A stretch of DNA of 64,000 bases, from contig JAWLHY010000012.1 in the NCBI GenBank assembly GCA_041690135.1, positions 160,001 to 224,000 of the forward strand, given 5' to 3'. The translations under genes and the position numbers were made by a program. Below the pieces are notes generated by a model. The model did no database searches. It was given only the letters and a program-made list of their open reading frames with translations, and had not been told where the DNA came from. Below, piece by piece: positions 47,190 through 58,977 of this stretch (the first letter of the stretch is position 1; each line of letters starts with the position of its first letter). Source of the stretch: Armatimonadota bacterium. GTDB taxonomy: Bacteria > Armatimonadota > SYMT01.

Positions 47190-49538
47190 ATGGCGATCGG
47201 CGTGTTTCGGCCGAACCGGGGCAAGCCGCTGGAACAGCGGATCCGGGATATCGAGCAGCACCTGGCACAGCTATCGCTGGACCCGGAAACGGTCCAGCAG
47301 ATCCTGGCCGGCGGCGGGTTCGGCGGTGGCGGGGGTGGCGGGGGCGGCTCATCCATCCGGCTGCCCCTGCCGGAGTCGCAGGTGAAGTGGGACCCGACGA
47401 GCGGGCACATGCACGACGGGACGGACGCGGAAGGGGCGAAGATCAGTCATGCGAACCTCGACCCGGCGACCGTTACGCCCGATCAACACCACGCGCAGGT
47501 CCATGTCCTCGCCTCGACCACGGGGCTCGGCGCGGATCACACGGTAACGGGGCTCACCAGCGGACAGGTGCTGAAGGCGACGGGACCGGATACGGCCCGG
47601 TTCCAGGCGCTGGGTCACCACGAGCTGGATCCGGGTTCCATCACCGCGGATCAGCACCATGCACAGGTCCACGCACTGGCCTCCCCGTCCGGCCTGGGGG
47701 CCGATCACACCGTATCGGGATTAACCGCAAACCAGGTGCTGAAGGCGACCGGGTCCACCACCGCCCGGTTCGAGCTGCTGGGCCACGACGAGCTGGACCC
47801 CGCCTCGATCACCGCGGACCAGCATCACGCGCAACAGCATGTACTGGCCACGACGGCGGGGCTGGGAAGCGACCATACCGTAGCGGGCCTGACGGCAAAC
47901 CAGGTACTGAAAGCGACCGGACCTTCCAGCGCGCGGTTCGAGTTGCTCGGTCACGACGAGTTGGACGCGGCGTCGATCTCCCCCGATCAGCACCACGCGC
48001 AGGTGCACACGCTGGCCTCCACCTCGGGGTTGGGAGCGGACCACACCGTATCGGGCCTGACGGCGAACCAGGTGCTGAAGGCGACCGGTTCGACCACCGC
48101 CCGGTTCGAGCTATTGGGCCATGACGATCTCGATCCGGCCACGATCGGCGAAGACGACCACCACGACCGGGCGCACGTCCTGCTCGGCAATAGCGACCAC
48201 AGCGATACGACCATTGTGGGTGAACCGGCCACCGGAGACCTGATCTACCGGAACGGAGCGTCGTTTTGGACGCGGCTGGGGATCGGCTCGACAGGCAATA
48301 TCCTGCGCGTGGTGAGCGGAGTGCCGGCGTGGGTGGCCCATACCTTTGCCAACCTCCCCGACAGCATCTCGGCCGCACAGCATGGGAATCTGACCAGTAC
48401 GGCGGAAAGCACCGCCGATCACTCCGGCACGCTCTCCGCGAACGCGCGGGTAGCCGTGCGAGTGAACTCGGACGCAGACCCTGGAAAAACTTACCGGCGG
48501 CGCAGGCTCAACTTCATAGAAGGCAGCAATGTCACCATTGACGTTGCCGAGGACGTGGGCGAGGAAGAGATCGACATTACGATTTCCCAGGCCAGCGTAT
48601 CGGCGGCGACCATCATCGTGCAGGAAGGTGACGCCACCGTGGATGCCGCCGCCTCCACCCTGGACTTCGCGGCCGGCGACTTCAACGTGACCAGCAGCCC
48701 CGCCGGGGAAGCAAACATCGCCTGGCACGGGTTCACGGTTCAGGAGAATGACAGCGACGTTGACACCGCCTGCAAGATACTGGACTTCAACGGCAGCGAC
48801 TTCAACGTGACCAGTAGCCCGAGCGGGGAGGCGAACATCGCGTGGCAGGGAATGGCGGTCGAAGCCGGGGATGTCGCCGTGGCCGCCGACGTCAAGACGC
48901 TGGATTTCGGCGCGGGCTTCGACGTTACCGCCTCCGGTGGCGAGGCGGAGATCTCCCTGGACCTCTCCGAAGTGGTGACCGGCGACGTGTCGTTCTCCGG
49001 AAATGCGGCGACCGTGGACCGGCTGAAGGGCAAAACGCTCCCCACCCCCGCCTCCGGCGACGACGGCAAAGTCCTGCGTTACGACCACGCCAACGGGGAG
49101 TTCGACTTCGTAACGCTGAACCCCGTGGCCACCAGCGGCGCACCGGTCTTCGTGGGGGCATGGGCTCACGCCGGGATCAACGCCTTTTCGGCGGGCTCGC
49201 CCGCCGGGCCGATCCCCTGCGCTCTCAACCCCGGCAATGCCAACCCGATTGTCCAGCGCCTGCGGACCGGGTATGCCGGACACCTGACGAAGGTGGTCCT
49301 CGATATCGGCGGCGACCTCGGTGGGGGCGCCACCAGCCTGACGGCCACGGTCTACGTTAACGACATCGCCGCCGGACTGACCGCGACGATCACGGGCGGT
49401 GCGGGCACAGAAGATTATGCCCTCGGGACCGGCAGCGTGGCCGTGAGTGAAACGGACAACGTTTCGATCTACCTGACCCGCACCGGCGGCACCAACAACC
49501 GCCACGCCGTGGTGCGGGTGTATATGACGCCGAGTTAG
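47190..49538 (+). CDS. Tail fibre/spike-like protein with His-rich 56-aa repeats
   Basis: AAGGAGG RBS; GDLIY.....WTRLGIGSTG..L.V.SG.PAW fibre motif; RRRLNFIEG; 168-bp repeats. Confidence 0.75.
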   Translation: MAIGVFRPNRGKPLEQRIRDIEQHLAQLSLDPETVQQILAGGGFGGGGGGGGGSSIRLPLPESQVKWDPTSGHMHDGTDAEGAKISHANLDPATVTPDQHHAQVHVLASTTGLGADHTVTGLTSGQVLKATGPDTARFQALGHHELDPGSITADQHHAQVHALASPSGLGADHTVSGLTANQVLKATGSTTARFELLGHDELDPASITADQHHAQQHVLATTAGLGSDHTVAGLTANQVLKATGPSSARFELLGHDELDAASISPDQHHAQVHTLASTSGLGADHTVSGLTANQVLKATGSTTARFELLGHDDLDPATIGEDDHHDRAHVLLGNSDHSDTTIVGEPATGDLIYRNGASFWTRLGIGSTGNILRVVSGVPAWVAHTFANLPDSISAAQHGNLTSTAESTADHSGTLSANARVAVRVNSDADPGKTYRRRRLNFIEGSNVTIDVAEDVGEEEIDITISQASVSAATIIVQEGDATVDAAASTLDFAAGDFNVTSSPAGEANIAWHGFTVQENDSDVDTACKILDFNGSDFNVTSSPSGEANIAWQGMAVEAGDVAVAADVKTLDFGAGFDVTASGGEAEISLDLSEVVTGDVSFSGNAATVDRLKGKTLPTPASGDDGKVLRYDHANGEFDFVTLNPVATSGAPVFVGAWAHAGINAFSAGSPAGPIPCALNPGNANPIVQRLRTGYAGHLTKVVLDIGGDLGGGATSLTATVYVNDIAAGLTATITGGAGTEDYALGTGSVAVSETDNVSIYLTRTGGTNNRHAVVRVYMTPS

Positions 49539-49559
49539 CACGCGACCAAGGAGGAGAAG

Positions 49560-50192
49560 ATGGATCCAGGGACTATGAGCTTGATCGCCGGGGTGTTGGG
49601 CGGTCTGATGGGCGGTGGGGGCGGCTTTACCGTGCCCGGCGGCGTCCGCGCCGATGCCCGGGTGCTGCGCCGTGAGGGGCGCGACCTGATCGCGCAGAGC
49701 AAGACGCCGGTGGGGAGCCTGCCGCAGGAGCAGGCAATGCTGGCGAGCATGAACGCGCTGATGGGGCAGCAGTTCGGCCAGCAGCGGGCGGCGTTGGGGG
49801 CCCTCACCAGCCCCTACGGCGCCGGGGCGGCGTTCACCCCGGATATGATGGCGAACCTGCTGCAGGGGTTCCTGGCGCAGCAGCAGGCGGGAAAGCAACA
49901 GGCGTTCCAGGGTTTCCTGGGGGACCGCCGCGGGATGCAGGCGCAGGGGCTCGACTTCCTGCGGCAGGCGAGCGGGATGATCACCGGGGCCATGCAGCCC
50001 CAGCAGCCGAGCAGCAGCGGGGCCAACTTCGCGCAGTTCCTCGGGCAGTACGCCCAGAACCAGGCCTACCTGAACGCGCTCAAGCGGATGGGGCAACAGA
50101 ACCCGCCGCCCGGTGGCGGTACGGGAGGGGGGACGGGCACGAACACGAATGATCCTGCTGGCGAAATGACAGCGGGGGGAGGTAACCTATGA
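49560..50192 (+). CDS. Putative DNA-ejection/pilot protein
   Basis: MDPGT..LIAGVLGGLMGGGG start; Gly/Gln/Ala-rich. Confidence 0.7.
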   Translation: MDPGTMSLIAGVLGGLMGGGGGFTVPGGVRADARVLRREGRDLIAQSKTPVGSLPQEQAMLASMNALMGQQFGQQRAALGALTSPYGAGAAFTPDMMANLLQGFLAQQQAGKQQAFQGFLGDRRGMQAQGLDFLRQASGMITGAMQPQQPSSSGANFAQFLGQYAQNQAYLNALKRMGQQNPPPGGGTGGGTGTNTNDPAGEMTAGGGNL

Positions 50193-52378
50193 AGTTCAAC
50201 CTCTCCGGGTTCCTCGAAGGGGTCGCCGCCGTGCAGGCGGGCGCTATGGCCGGGCGGGCGCAGGGGCTGCAGGCCCGCCAGGACTGGGAGCGCCAGCAAC
50301 AGGCCGCGGAACTGCAGCGCCGGCAGGCCGCGCTCCAGCAGCAGGAGTTCGACTGGCGGCGCGCCCAGGCGGAGCAGGACGATGCCTATCGAAACCAGGT
50401 GCTCCAGACAAACCGGGACGAAGCCGCGCTCAAGCTGCTCCAGCCGGGCACGCCGGAGTACCTGCGCCTCGCTTCGCGCCTGACGGGTATACCGGCGCCC
50501 ACCATGCCCCCCGCGGCGCCGATTGGCCCGCTGCTCCAGGGAATGTTCGGGGGGCCGGGGCAACCCGAACCGGGGATGCCGTCGCTGAACGATCAGGCGC
50601 TCCCCAGCGGAATGCCGGCCGTCCCCATGCCCGTGCGCCCGGCGGCCGCTCCCGCCCCGGCAGCGTCGCCGTTTCGGGATCCGCGCGCGGAACAGTCGCT
50701 GGACAGCGCCTACACCAGCGCGATCAGCAAGTGGGAGGCGCTGCACACGCGGGAAACCGATCCGGCGCAGCGGGAGCGGGCGGCACGCGCCATCCAGGCG
50801 CTCCGCCAGGGCCAACTGCAGCGCCTACCGATCGACCGGGTAACGGTCGACGGCCAGCCGCTGGGCGCTGCCGGGATCGCCGCGCTGCCGGTGGTGAGCG
50901 TGGACCCCGCCCAGCAGAAGCGGGTGGCAGCGGATGTTGGGGCGCAGGTGAAGGCCCTCCAGTCGCTCGCGAAAGAGCTCCCGGAAGACGACCCGCTACG
51001 GGGCACCCTCGCCACCCTAGCGACGACGGCGCCGACCCCCGGCGACTACCAGAGCGAGGACGGGCTGGTAACAGCGGAGAACTGGGTGACCCGCGCGCTG
51101 GCAGCGACAGTGAGCGCACAGGGCCGGCTGGGACGGAAGGACGCGCTCTCTGAAGCCAAGCTCTACTCCGCCGAGCTCAAAAACAACATCCAGGGGCTAG
51201 CGGGGGCCAGCGGGCCGGTGCTGGTAGCGATGCTGCCGGAGCTGCTCGATGAGGAGACCGAGCTCGCCGGCAAGTACAAATCGGCAGTCCTTTTCCCGCC
51301 GCGCCTCCACGCCGAGCGCGCGAACATCCAGCGAATCCGCGACCTGGCGGCGTCCGAAGACCCGAATGCCCAGGTGCAGGCAGAGAACCTGGCGGAAGAG
51401 GTTACGGCGCGCATAACGGCCGGACTTTCGCCGGGCAAGGAACAGGCCGCGTTTCGCAACGCCATGCAGGTGATTGGGACGTGGTCCACCGCTGAGGTCT
51501 ACGACCCGGATAAGGTGCGGGAGGTCTTCGAAAGCCTGGACATCCCGCACCTTATCCCAGCAGGCGGGGTCGGCCTCGGTGGGCGGCGGGCCGAACAGCA
51601 CTTTGCAAAGCTGCTTGGCGAGCTCCCGGCGATGGCAAAGCTCAACCCCGCGGGGCAGGCCACCTTCCTGGCGGAATTGTCCGGTGCCGCGGCAGCCGCC
51701 GGGAAGAAGATCCCCATTCCGGCGCAGATCGTGCTCCAGATGAGCCCCGAGACCCGAGAGCGGCTCGCTCTCCAGCGGGATCGGATCAACCTGGTGGGCA
51801 GCCGTCTCGATCTGGCCATCGCCAACCACGATCTCTCCCGCAGCCGCTTCCTCTACCAGCTTCGCAAACAGCAGGCAGGCGGGGGTCCCGATCCCGTGGC
51901 GGCGAAGCAGGCGGCCAACCTGAAGCGGGACGCGGACCGGGCGTTCTCGATCTGGAAGCAGTTCGTGGAGCGGCCAGAGAATAAGAAGCTGATGCCCGAC
52001 TACGCGCCGGGCGTGGGACCGCCCCCGGCGCCGGGGGCGATGCCGATCCTCGGGGGAATCTTCGGCGGGAAGGGGAAGCCGGCCGCCGATCCCAAGGGCG
52101 AGCGGTGGAAGCGCGCCAACGAGCTGTACCAGGCCTACCGCGCCGCGGAGCAGAAGTTCCAGAACGCCGCCGCCCCGAAGCCGGCACCGGTAGATACGAG
52201 CGACCTGGAGCCCGGCCCCGCGCCGCAGCGTCAGTCAACTAACGGCCGGGTGACGGTGAAACCGAAGTCCGGTGGCTCGAACCGCGATCGCTATATCACC
52301 GCCCTCCGTGCGTCCGGCCAGTTGACCGAGGCGCAGATCCAGAACCTCGCGAACCAGCGTTATCCCCCGAAGAGATAG
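50189..52378 (+). CDS. Putative internal virion (ejection) protein
   Basis: Ala/Gln-rich, helical-looking 729 aa; coupled to the previous gene. Confidence 0.65.
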   Translation: MKFNLSGFLEGVAAVQAGAMAGRAQGLQARQDWERQQQAAELQRRQAALQQQEFDWRRAQAEQDDAYRNQVLQTNRDEAALKLLQPGTPEYLRLASRLTGIPAPTMPPAAPIGPLLQGMFGGPGQPEPGMPSLNDQALPSGMPAVPMPVRPAAAPAPAASPFRDPRAEQSLDSAYTSAISKWEALHTRETDPAQRERAARAIQALRQGQLQRLPIDRVTVDGQPLGAAGIAALPVVSVDPAQQKRVAADVGAQVKALQSLAKELPEDDPLRGTLATLATTAPTPGDYQSEDGLVTAENWVTRALAATVSAQGRLGRKDALSEAKLYSAELKNNIQGLAGASGPVLVAMLPELLDEETELAGKYKSAVLFPPRLHAERANIQRIRDLAASEDPNAQVQAENLAEEVTARITAGLSPGKEQAAFRNAMQVIGTWSTAEVYDPDKVREVFESLDIPHLIPAGGVGLGGRRAEQHFAKLLGELPAMAKLNPAGQATFLAELSGAAAAAGKKIPIPAQIVLQMSPETRERLALQRDRINLVGSRLDLAIANHDLSRSRFLYQLRKQQAGGGPDPVAAKQAANLKRDADRAFSIWKQFVERPENKKLMPDYAPGVGPPPAPGAMPILGGIFGGKGKPAADPKGERWKRANELYQAYRAAEQKFQNAAAPKPAPVDTSDLEPGPAPQRQSTNGRVTVKPKSGGSNRDRYITALRASGQLTEAQIQNLANQRYPPKR

Positions 52379-52381
52379 ACC

Positions 52382-55300
52382 ATGGCACTCACTCCGGAAG
52401 AACTCGCGGCCCAGGACCTCGCCCAGGTCCTGGGCCGTTCGCGCATGTCTGGCTCCGACCCGCACGCCCGTCTTGTTACCATCGCCGCGAAGCGGTATGG
52501 GGTGGATGAGGACCTGATCCGCAGGGTTATTCGGCAGGAATCGGGCGGGAATCCCCGCGCTGTCTCCCCGGCCGGCGCTCAGGGTCTCATGCAGTTGATG
52601 CCGGCAACGGCAAAGAGCCTGGGAGTGCGGGATCCCTTCAATCCGGCCGAGAACATTGACGCGGGGGTGCGGTATCTCCGCCAGCAGTTGGATGCATTCG
52701 GCGGCGACGAGCGCCTGGCGCTGGCCGCCTATAACGCGGGGCCAGGGAACGTCCGGAAATATGGTGGGGTGCCCCCGTTCCCGGAAACCCGGCAGTATGT
52801 CGCCCGGATCACCCGCGGCCGGACCGGTGGCCGGATGAGTTCGCGCGGCGGCACGGCGCATCTGACCCCGGAGCAGCTCGCCGCCCAGGACCTGGCGCGG
52901 GTCACCGGCGCGAAGGCCGGTGGTAAGACAGGCACGCTCACGCCCGAGCAGTTGGCCGAGCAGGATCTGGCAAGTGTGCTCGGCCCGGATCCGGTGATGG
53001 AGGCCATCCAGCGCCGCAAGCGCGGCGTGCGGCTCGGCAATCTGGCTCCCACACCGCAGCCGGCCGCGAAACCGGCGCCCAAGGTCGATCTCGCCGGAAT
53101 GCGTCGCCGGGTGCAAGAGCTGGAGAGCACGATCAACGGTCTCCGCCAGCAGCGGGACGCGCTGCCCCCAAACGCCCCGTCCGGACCCCTGCGCCGGCTG
53201 ATTGCCCAGCGCATCTCCGAGATGACCCTGCTGCAGCAGCAGATCGAGGAGGCAGAGACCGGGAAGGCCCTGCCGCTGATGCACCCGGACTCCGTCGCCC
53301 ACCGCCGGCTGCGGGCGGAGCGCGCGCAGAAGCAGGCCGCGGCGCCACCGAAGCGCCCCGTCGATTTCGTGCGGATGCAACCGGTCCGGACCGAGACCCC
53401 GGTAGAACAGGTGCGCAACTTCGTGGCAGGGGTGATCGGCGCCGACCCCAGCCGGGCGCAGTCGCGTGAGATGGTGGACACGCGTGCCGCACGCGCCGGG
53501 CGCCCCCCGTTCCAGGCGACGGACGCCGAACTGCTGGAACTCCAGGCGCTGGAGCCGGCGATGGAAAGATACCTCCAGTTCAGCCGGGGCCGGGGCACGA
53601 ACACCCAGGTGGTGGGGGACGTGGTGATCCCCCAGCCGGAAGATCCCCATTACCGACAGCAGGGATATTCCCAGCCTTACACCGAGGCGGATTTCCGGAA
53701 CTTCCTGCGGCGCGAGGTGTTCGGCGCCAAGGGCCGGTTGACGCCGGTCCAGGAAGCGGCGCTTCCCTACCTGGTGGAAGCCCTGCGGGTGCGGGCGGAT
53801 GAGCGGCAGCGCGGGATTGTGCGGACCAGTTCCCGGTTGGCCGATATCGCGGTAGGGCTAATGACCGGCGGCTCTGGATCCGTGGCCCAGATGGGCCTCA
53901 AGGGCTTCCTGCTCGACCAGGGGAGGCGTCGCGCGATTTCCGGCGGCAGTGCTGCGGCCTCGCGCCTGACCGCGGATGCGGCGAACCCGGATTTGACCGT
54001 GGAGCAGCGGCTGAAGGGGGCAGCCAGCGACGCCGCGCTGGCGATGGGCGTGGACACCCTGACTTCGACCGACCCCATCGTGCGTGACCTGGCGCGTGGG
54101 CGCAAGAACCTCGGGCCGGGGGCCGGGTTTGGCGAGGCGCTGGAGCGCGGGCAGGAGATTACCCGACGGCACGGCGCCCAGAAGCAGGCGAAGGCGCAGC
54201 GGCTGGCGGCGGAAAGGGCAGGGACGACTACGTCTGCGCCTGCTCCATCCCCAATGGCCGCTCCGGAAGCCACAAAGCCAGTGCCATCGGCAGGGATGGA
54301 ATCGATCCCCACCCCCGCTCCCACCATTGGGTCTCGGGTGGTGGTGCGTTGGGAGGACGGATCCACCCTGGAAGGGGAGATTCTCCGCCTCTCCAAGACA
54401 GGCAAGTCCGCTTACATCCGCGGCAGCGATGGCAAGGATCTGGACAAGCCGGTGTTGCTCAAGGACCTGGAGCTTGCCCCGGCTACCGCGGGCAGTGGCC
54501 CTTCCGCGGGTCCGGCGCCAGCCCAGGCGCTAAAAACAGAGGCATCTGGCACTCCCAGCCCCGACAACGATCTTTACTCGGGTCCGTATCCAATCCGCAA
54601 GCGGTCAGGACTCTCGCCGCAAGAACGTGCCGGGGAGGCCCAACGCGCGCAGTACGTCCAGGAGCATATGGATGAACTGGTAGAGGCCTACTACCGTGCA
54701 AATGAAGGTGGGCGGGTCATCAGCTCAGATCGCGCGAAGTGGTTGTTCGCGGAATACCAAGATGAAGCCACGCGCACCGCAGTAGACCGGGAAATCTATT
54801 CTGCCGCGAAAGCCGTCTCGGACGAGGTATTCCGTCGCAAGGTGGCGGAACCAGCCGCCCCAGGACAAAAGGACCTCGTCATTTTCCTCTCCGGCGGACC
54901 GGGTTCCGGAAAGTCGAGTTCGATCAGCGGGTCGCCCGCGGTGCAGGCCGCACACAGCAATGCTCGTCTGGTAGTTGACGGTACCCTTTCCGATATTGAG
55001 GCGGCCCGTCAAATGATGCGGGCCGTAGATGCGCGTAAGAGCAAGCGCATGCTGATCTACGTGTATCTGCCTGCGGATGAAGCGGTCCGCCGGGCAGTCG
55101 ATCGCGCGATGGATGTAAAGGGACCGGACTATTTGCGGGCCGTAAACCTAGAGAACCTCGCTACAGCTCACTACGGAGCCCAGAATACGGTGCTCCGCTT
55201 GGCGGACGAGTTCCCTGACCTTGCAATTGCAATTCTTGACAACCGTGGTCAGCAGGGGCAAGTCGCCGAACTGAGTTTGGACGAACTACGCCAACTCAGG

Positions 55301-57754
55301 TATCGTAATGTGGAAGACGTAAAGGCGCAAGTCCGAGCCGCTTATGATGCGGAATACACCCGACGACAAGGAACAGCAGATGCCATCCCCGACTCCCTCC
55401 ACCGCGGGTTCACGGGTTCTTACGCCCGAAATGCAACAGGAACTCGAGATCTTCAAGGAAAACCTCAATCAGGTCCGGAAGGAAGCGGCGGAAAGGCAGC
55501 GCCAGAAGATGGAAACCTCCCGGACGACCCCGGCGACCCCGGAACTGGCGGAGTAGGCCCCCGCCCCCCTGCCCCTCCTAGCGGCGGTCCGGCCGCTCCC
55601 TCTGCCATACCTCCTCGAGAGAACGACCCCTCTTCCCCAACACCCACCACGTCTGACGGTGGAGCGGCTACCCCCGATCGTAGAAACACCACCGGGCTGG
55701 CCAACCAGGTGCAGGAGGGGGAGGTGGAGCTCGGGATCATCGCGCCCCCGGAGAAGGGGGTGAGCGCCGGGGCGCAAGAGGCCCATGCCGAGGGGAAGCG
55801 CCTGGTGGAGGCCGGCGGGAAGCCACTCCCGCGCCGCGCTCCGGCAGGGGCTTCCGGAGAGACGCCCTTCGGGGATCTTCCTCCCGCAGGAGGCCCACCC
55901 CGCGGAGCGCCGCCCGGTGACTCCGGACAACCAAACTCGAAAACCTCAACCGCCCCCGCGCAACAGCCGGGGGCGGTTAGATTTTCTGGACCCGGCGGGA
56001 GGAGGATCCCCACCGCACCCAGGCAGGGGACGGGCGCGAGGACCGCTCCGCCCGCTTCTGCGCCGGCCGTGCCCAACCAGCAGGAGGTGGAGCGGGAGAT
56101 TGATGTGGTCGTGGAGCGGCTCAAGAGCGGCGGCCGGAAAGGCAACGCGAGCCGGTCCTTCACCCGTGCGGGGGATGAACAGCGGCTGCAGGACCTCCGG
56201 CAGGAGCGGCAGGACCTGGTGCGCGGCCGGGGCGGGCGGTTCCGGGTCGGGGAGCCGGTAGTCGGCACCCAACACAACGGAAAGAAGGAGGCGCTGGTCT
56301 ACGACGGGATGGCCAGCGACACGCACGCGTACGTGAAGGACCCCCGAACGGGGAAGCGCCGGGCGGGCACGGTGCCGGTCGGGAGCCTCCAAAGAACCCG
56401 ATCAGCCCCACCTCAGTCGGATATGGTCGGCGTGCGAAGGACTGCTGAGGGCCAGACTCTACGGGTTCCAGGTTCTGGGGCTCCGGTAGGCCGGCGAGCA
56501 GATCTCCACGCCCGATTGGATGTGGCGGAAGCCACCGCCCGGCAGAAGCTGGCTGCGCTCCGGGCCTCGCGCCGGGGCGGGAAGCTCGCGTCGGAATTGG
56601 GCGGCTTCAACGACCTGCTGGAGGAGGCCTCGCACTGGATCGAGATCGGCGCGGTGCAGATGGCACGGGGGCTCGTGGACTTCGAAGCTTGGTCGCGCCG
56701 GATGCTGGAGGCGGTGGGGGACGAACTGCGGGCCACGGGGCGGAACGTGGATGAATTACTCCGGGAGATCTGGAACGCATCACGAAAGAAGTATGCGGAA
56801 GAGCGGCGGAGTAATCCTGCAGAAGGGCCGGAGAACGTTGAGCCGGATCATAAGCTAGATTTGGCGGTTGGAACGAAAGGTGAGTCGCAGGACTCGGCTC
56901 ACCCACTCCAGTTCAAAACCAAACCCGCCACAGCCGCAAGTGGCGAAGGTCGCCGCAGTCCATCCTCACAGCGCCGGGGAAGCGGAGGGGTTCATGATGC
57001 GTGGAGACAACCAGGCATGCCCAGAGTCCGCTGGAATTGGTCTGGTATTAAGGGGGCAATGCAGTCCGATCGAATCAACGAAGACACTCTGCTCGCTGCA
57101 GTCGAGGACTGGCGCAATAGTATGGAGCTGGATTTCTCGCGGATGGAGATTCGTCTACTTCCGCAGGAAGCGAAGCGCCGTCCCCATCTAGATCTTAGCG
57201 CAGATGTGATCAACGATAACCCTGTCTATGTGCACGGCTTTGTCAACGCAAGGAGCCCGCATGCAATCCATCTCTACAATCCCACCTCGGAATGGCCGGA
57301 CATTCGACAGGATATGCTGCGTGATCTCTATCGTGCACATGGGCGTGGCCTATTGTCTCCTCAAGACTTCCTTGACTTCGTGCGTGAAGCTCCGCGATTA
57401 GCCGAGGAATATATTGCGGGAACTCTGAAGCATGAAACGGGACACTCGCTTCTGGTCGAAACCTTCGGGAATCACCGCCGGCGGAGGTTCAAAGGTTGGC
57501 AGCGACTCATGCCCGATCATCTGTATGGTGTGATGGTAAGTGCGCTGAAGCTGGCTGGGACGAAGACTGACAATGATGCGATTGCAGATTCTATTGCGGA
57601 AGCGGTTGCAGAAGACGTGCGCCGGTGGCATACTGGCTATTATAGCCCTCTCAATAGTCAGACCTGGTTGGCCGATGCGGCCGATCCACATGGAGCTTGG
57701 GAACGTGCAGAGGAGGTATGGAAATGGCTGAAAAACGCTCACGACCGGCGGTAG
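52382..57754 (+). CDS. Giant polyvalent ejection protein D: SLT lytic transglycosylase + zeta-toxin-like P-loop + shared domain + zincin tip
   Basis: [25 protein letters not shown]...ALAAYNAG (SLT); [12 protein letters not shown]...VVDGT (zeta-like); LKHETGH...SIAEAVAE (zincin). Confidence 0.85.
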   Translation: MALTPEELAAQDLAQVLGRSRMSGSDPHARLVTIAAKRYGVDEDLIRRVIRQESGGNPRAVSPAGAQGLMQLMPATAKSLGVRDPFNPAENIDAGVRYLRQQLDAFGGDERLALAAYNAGPGNVRKYGGVPPFPETRQYVARITRGRTGGRMSSRGGTAHLTPEQLAAQDLARVTGAKAGGKTGTLTPEQLAEQDLASVLGPDPVMEAIQRRKRGVRLGNLAPTPQPAAKPAPKVDLAGMRRRVQELESTINGLRQQRDALPPNAPSGPLRRLIAQRISEMTLLQQQIEEAETGKALPLMHPDSVAHRRLRAERAQKQAAAPPKRPVDFVRMQPVRTETPVEQVRNFVAGVIGADPSRAQSREMVDTRAARAGRPPFQATDAELLELQALEPAMERYLQFSRGRGTNTQVVGDVVIPQPEDPHYRQQGYSQPYTEADFRNFLRREVFGAKGRLTPVQEAALPYLVEALRVRADERQRGIVRTSSRLADIAVGLMTGGSGSVAQMGLKGFLLDQGRRRAISGGSAAASRLTADAANPDLTVEQRLKGAASDAALAMGVDTLTSTDPIVRDLARGRKNLGPGAGFGEALERGQEITRRHGAQKQAKAQRLAAERAGTTTSAPAPSPMAAPEATKPVPSAGMESIPTPAPTIGSRVVVRWEDGSTLEGEILRLSKTGKSAYIRGSDGKDLDKPVLLKDLELAPATAGSGPSAGPAPAQALKTEASGTPSPDNDLYSGPYPIRKRSGLSPQERAGEAQRAQYVQEHMDELVEAYYRANEGGRVISSDRAKWLFAEYQDEATRTAVDREIYSAAKAVSDEVFRRKVAEPAAPGQKDLVIFLSGGPGSGKSSSISGSPAVQAAHSNARLVVDGTLSDIEAARQMMRAVDARKSKRMLIYVYLPADEAVRRAVDRAMDVKGPDYLRAVNLENLATAHYGAQNTVLRLADEFPDLAIAILDNRGQQGQVAELSLDELRQLRYRNVEDVKAQVRAAYDAEYTRRQGTADAIPDSLHRGFTGSYARNATGTRDLQGKPQSGPEGSGGKAAPEDGNLPDDPGDPGTGGVGPRPPAPPSGGPAAPSAIPPRENDPSSPTPTTSDGGAATPDRRNTTGLANQVQEGEVELGIIAPPEKGVSAGAQEAHAEGKRLVEAGGKPLPRRAPAGASGETPFGDLPPAGGPPRGAPPGDSGQPNSKTSTAPAQQPGAVRFSGPGGRRIPTAPRQGTGARTAPPASAPAVPNQQEVEREIDVVVERLKSGGRKGNASRSFTRAGDEQRLQDLRQERQDLVRGRGGRFRVGEPVVGTQHNGKKEALVYDGMASDTHAYVKDPRTGKRRAGTVPVGSLQRTRSAPPQSDMVGVRRTAEGQTLRVPGSGAPVGRRADLHARLDVAEATARQKLAALRASRRGGKLASELGGFNDLLEEASHWIEIGAVQMARGLVDFEAWSRRMLEAVGDELRATGRNVDELLREIWNASRKKYAEERRSNPAEGPENVEPDHKLDLAVGTKGESQDSAHPLQFKTKPATAASGEGRRSPSSQRRGSGGVHDAWRQPGMPRVRWNWSGIKGAMQSDRINEDTLLAAVEDWRNSMELDFSRMEIRLLPQEAKRRPHLDLSADVINDNPVYVHGFVNARSPHAIHLYNPTSEWPDIRQDMLRDLYRAHGRGLLSPQDFLDFVREAPRLAEEYIAGTLKHETGHSLLVETFGNHRRRRFKGWQRLMPDHLYGVMVSALKLAGTKTDNDAIADSIAEAVAEDVRRWHTGYYSPLNSQTWLADAADPHGAWERAEEVWKWLKNAHDRR

Positions 57755-57945
57755 ACACTTTTACGCGCGAGCAGATTGATGCTATTCGGTCCCTTCGCCC
57801 GGGAATGTCGGAAGAGGACGCAGTGGATTTGCTCCATCTCGGGCGACGAATAGCACGCTCGCACGCCCAGATGAGTCCCGTGAGCGAAGAAGAGGAGCCG
57901 GAGTGGGATGTTCAACCCGGAGACGACGATCCCTACGCGGGATGA
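57724..57945 (+). CDS. Small acidic protein, putative immunity for tip D
   Basis: AGGAGG RBS lies inside the end of D; the two genes overlap. Confidence 0.6.
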   Translation: MAEKRSRPAVDTFTREQIDAIRSLRPGMSEEDAVDLLHLGRRIARSHAQMSPVSEEEEPEWDVQPGDDDPYAG

Positions 57946-58192
57946 GTGGCCTTGGCGATGATGTCTGGCTGAGATTTCGATGGACATTCATCCCAAGAGC
58001 AACCCACGTGAAAGGTCGAATGAGGCTTTGACGACCCCTGCCCTCAGCCGAATCTTCGACGCAGCGGTTCACTTTGGCGCAGGTGACGTCGTTATCGAGG
58101 AGGACCCCGAGGCCACGTCCTTTCCGAAACAGGTGGGCGGCGTAGACGTCGCCTACTGATCCCTGCGAAAGCGTGCCGTCACCAGATTCCAT

Positions 58193-58230
58193 AAGCCGCC
58201 CCAGGGAGTTTTCCCTCGGGCGGCTTTTTT
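58193..58230 (+). terminator. Intrinsic terminator
   Basis: aagccgccc...gggcggctttttt. Confidence 0.75.
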
Positions 58231-58239
58231 TCGCGTACC

Positions 58240-58760
58240 CAGAGGCGACCCCTCGCCGGACGCCGGGTGACGCTCCGGAACCGGATACTGAGCGAGGGCG
58301 TCGCCGGGAAGAACCCGGAAACGGGCAGCACACACAAGAGCCGGAAGGGGTCCCGGCGAAAGCAACCGGAGCTCGCCCACGCCCGGTGGAAGGGACGGAC
58401 GAGACTTCCCTGACGGGAACTGTGGCCACCGCCACGACCCGGGCCGCGCGGAACGCCGCCCGGACCGCCTCCGGTACCCAGACGACTACGGCCTCGCCTT
58501 TGGGCGGGAACGTGGACACCCCCGGTGGGTCAGCCCCGGCAGGTGGAGCACCCCCCACGGGGGAAGCCACCCCGCGGCGCGCCGCCCGGCGGCCCCGGAC
58601 AATCGCAACCGAATACCACCACCGCCCCCGCGCAAAAGCCGGGGGCGGTCCGCGTTTCTGGCTCGGGAACACCGGAAGACACTCGGGGGTTCGGGCCGCC
58701 GGAGAGGAAGCCGCAGCGGGTTCCCTGTCCCAGCGGGTTCCAGCACCGGTACCACAGATA
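58240..58760 (+). pseudogene. Orphan linker remnant with hairpin
   Basis: EPEGVPAKATG..RPVEG...LTGT.ATATTRAA duplicates ~11860-11990; hairpin at 58621-58649. Confidence 0.75.
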
Positions 58761-58977
58761 ATACGTGGAGACGTTACGGAGGGGCGACGCCGCCTGGTAG
58801 CCACATCTCGGAGGAAGATTACCATAAGTCGGGCTACCTTCTGCTACAATGGAAACTGTCAGGGTTACAAGCTAAGGGCCGTATGCTAGTCTGGCCTATA
58901 AGCATTCTGGGCCGGTAGACATTCGCTGTGGATGGCCACGACGAGGTCGCCACGAGGCGGGCTCCCCATCCATCTCT

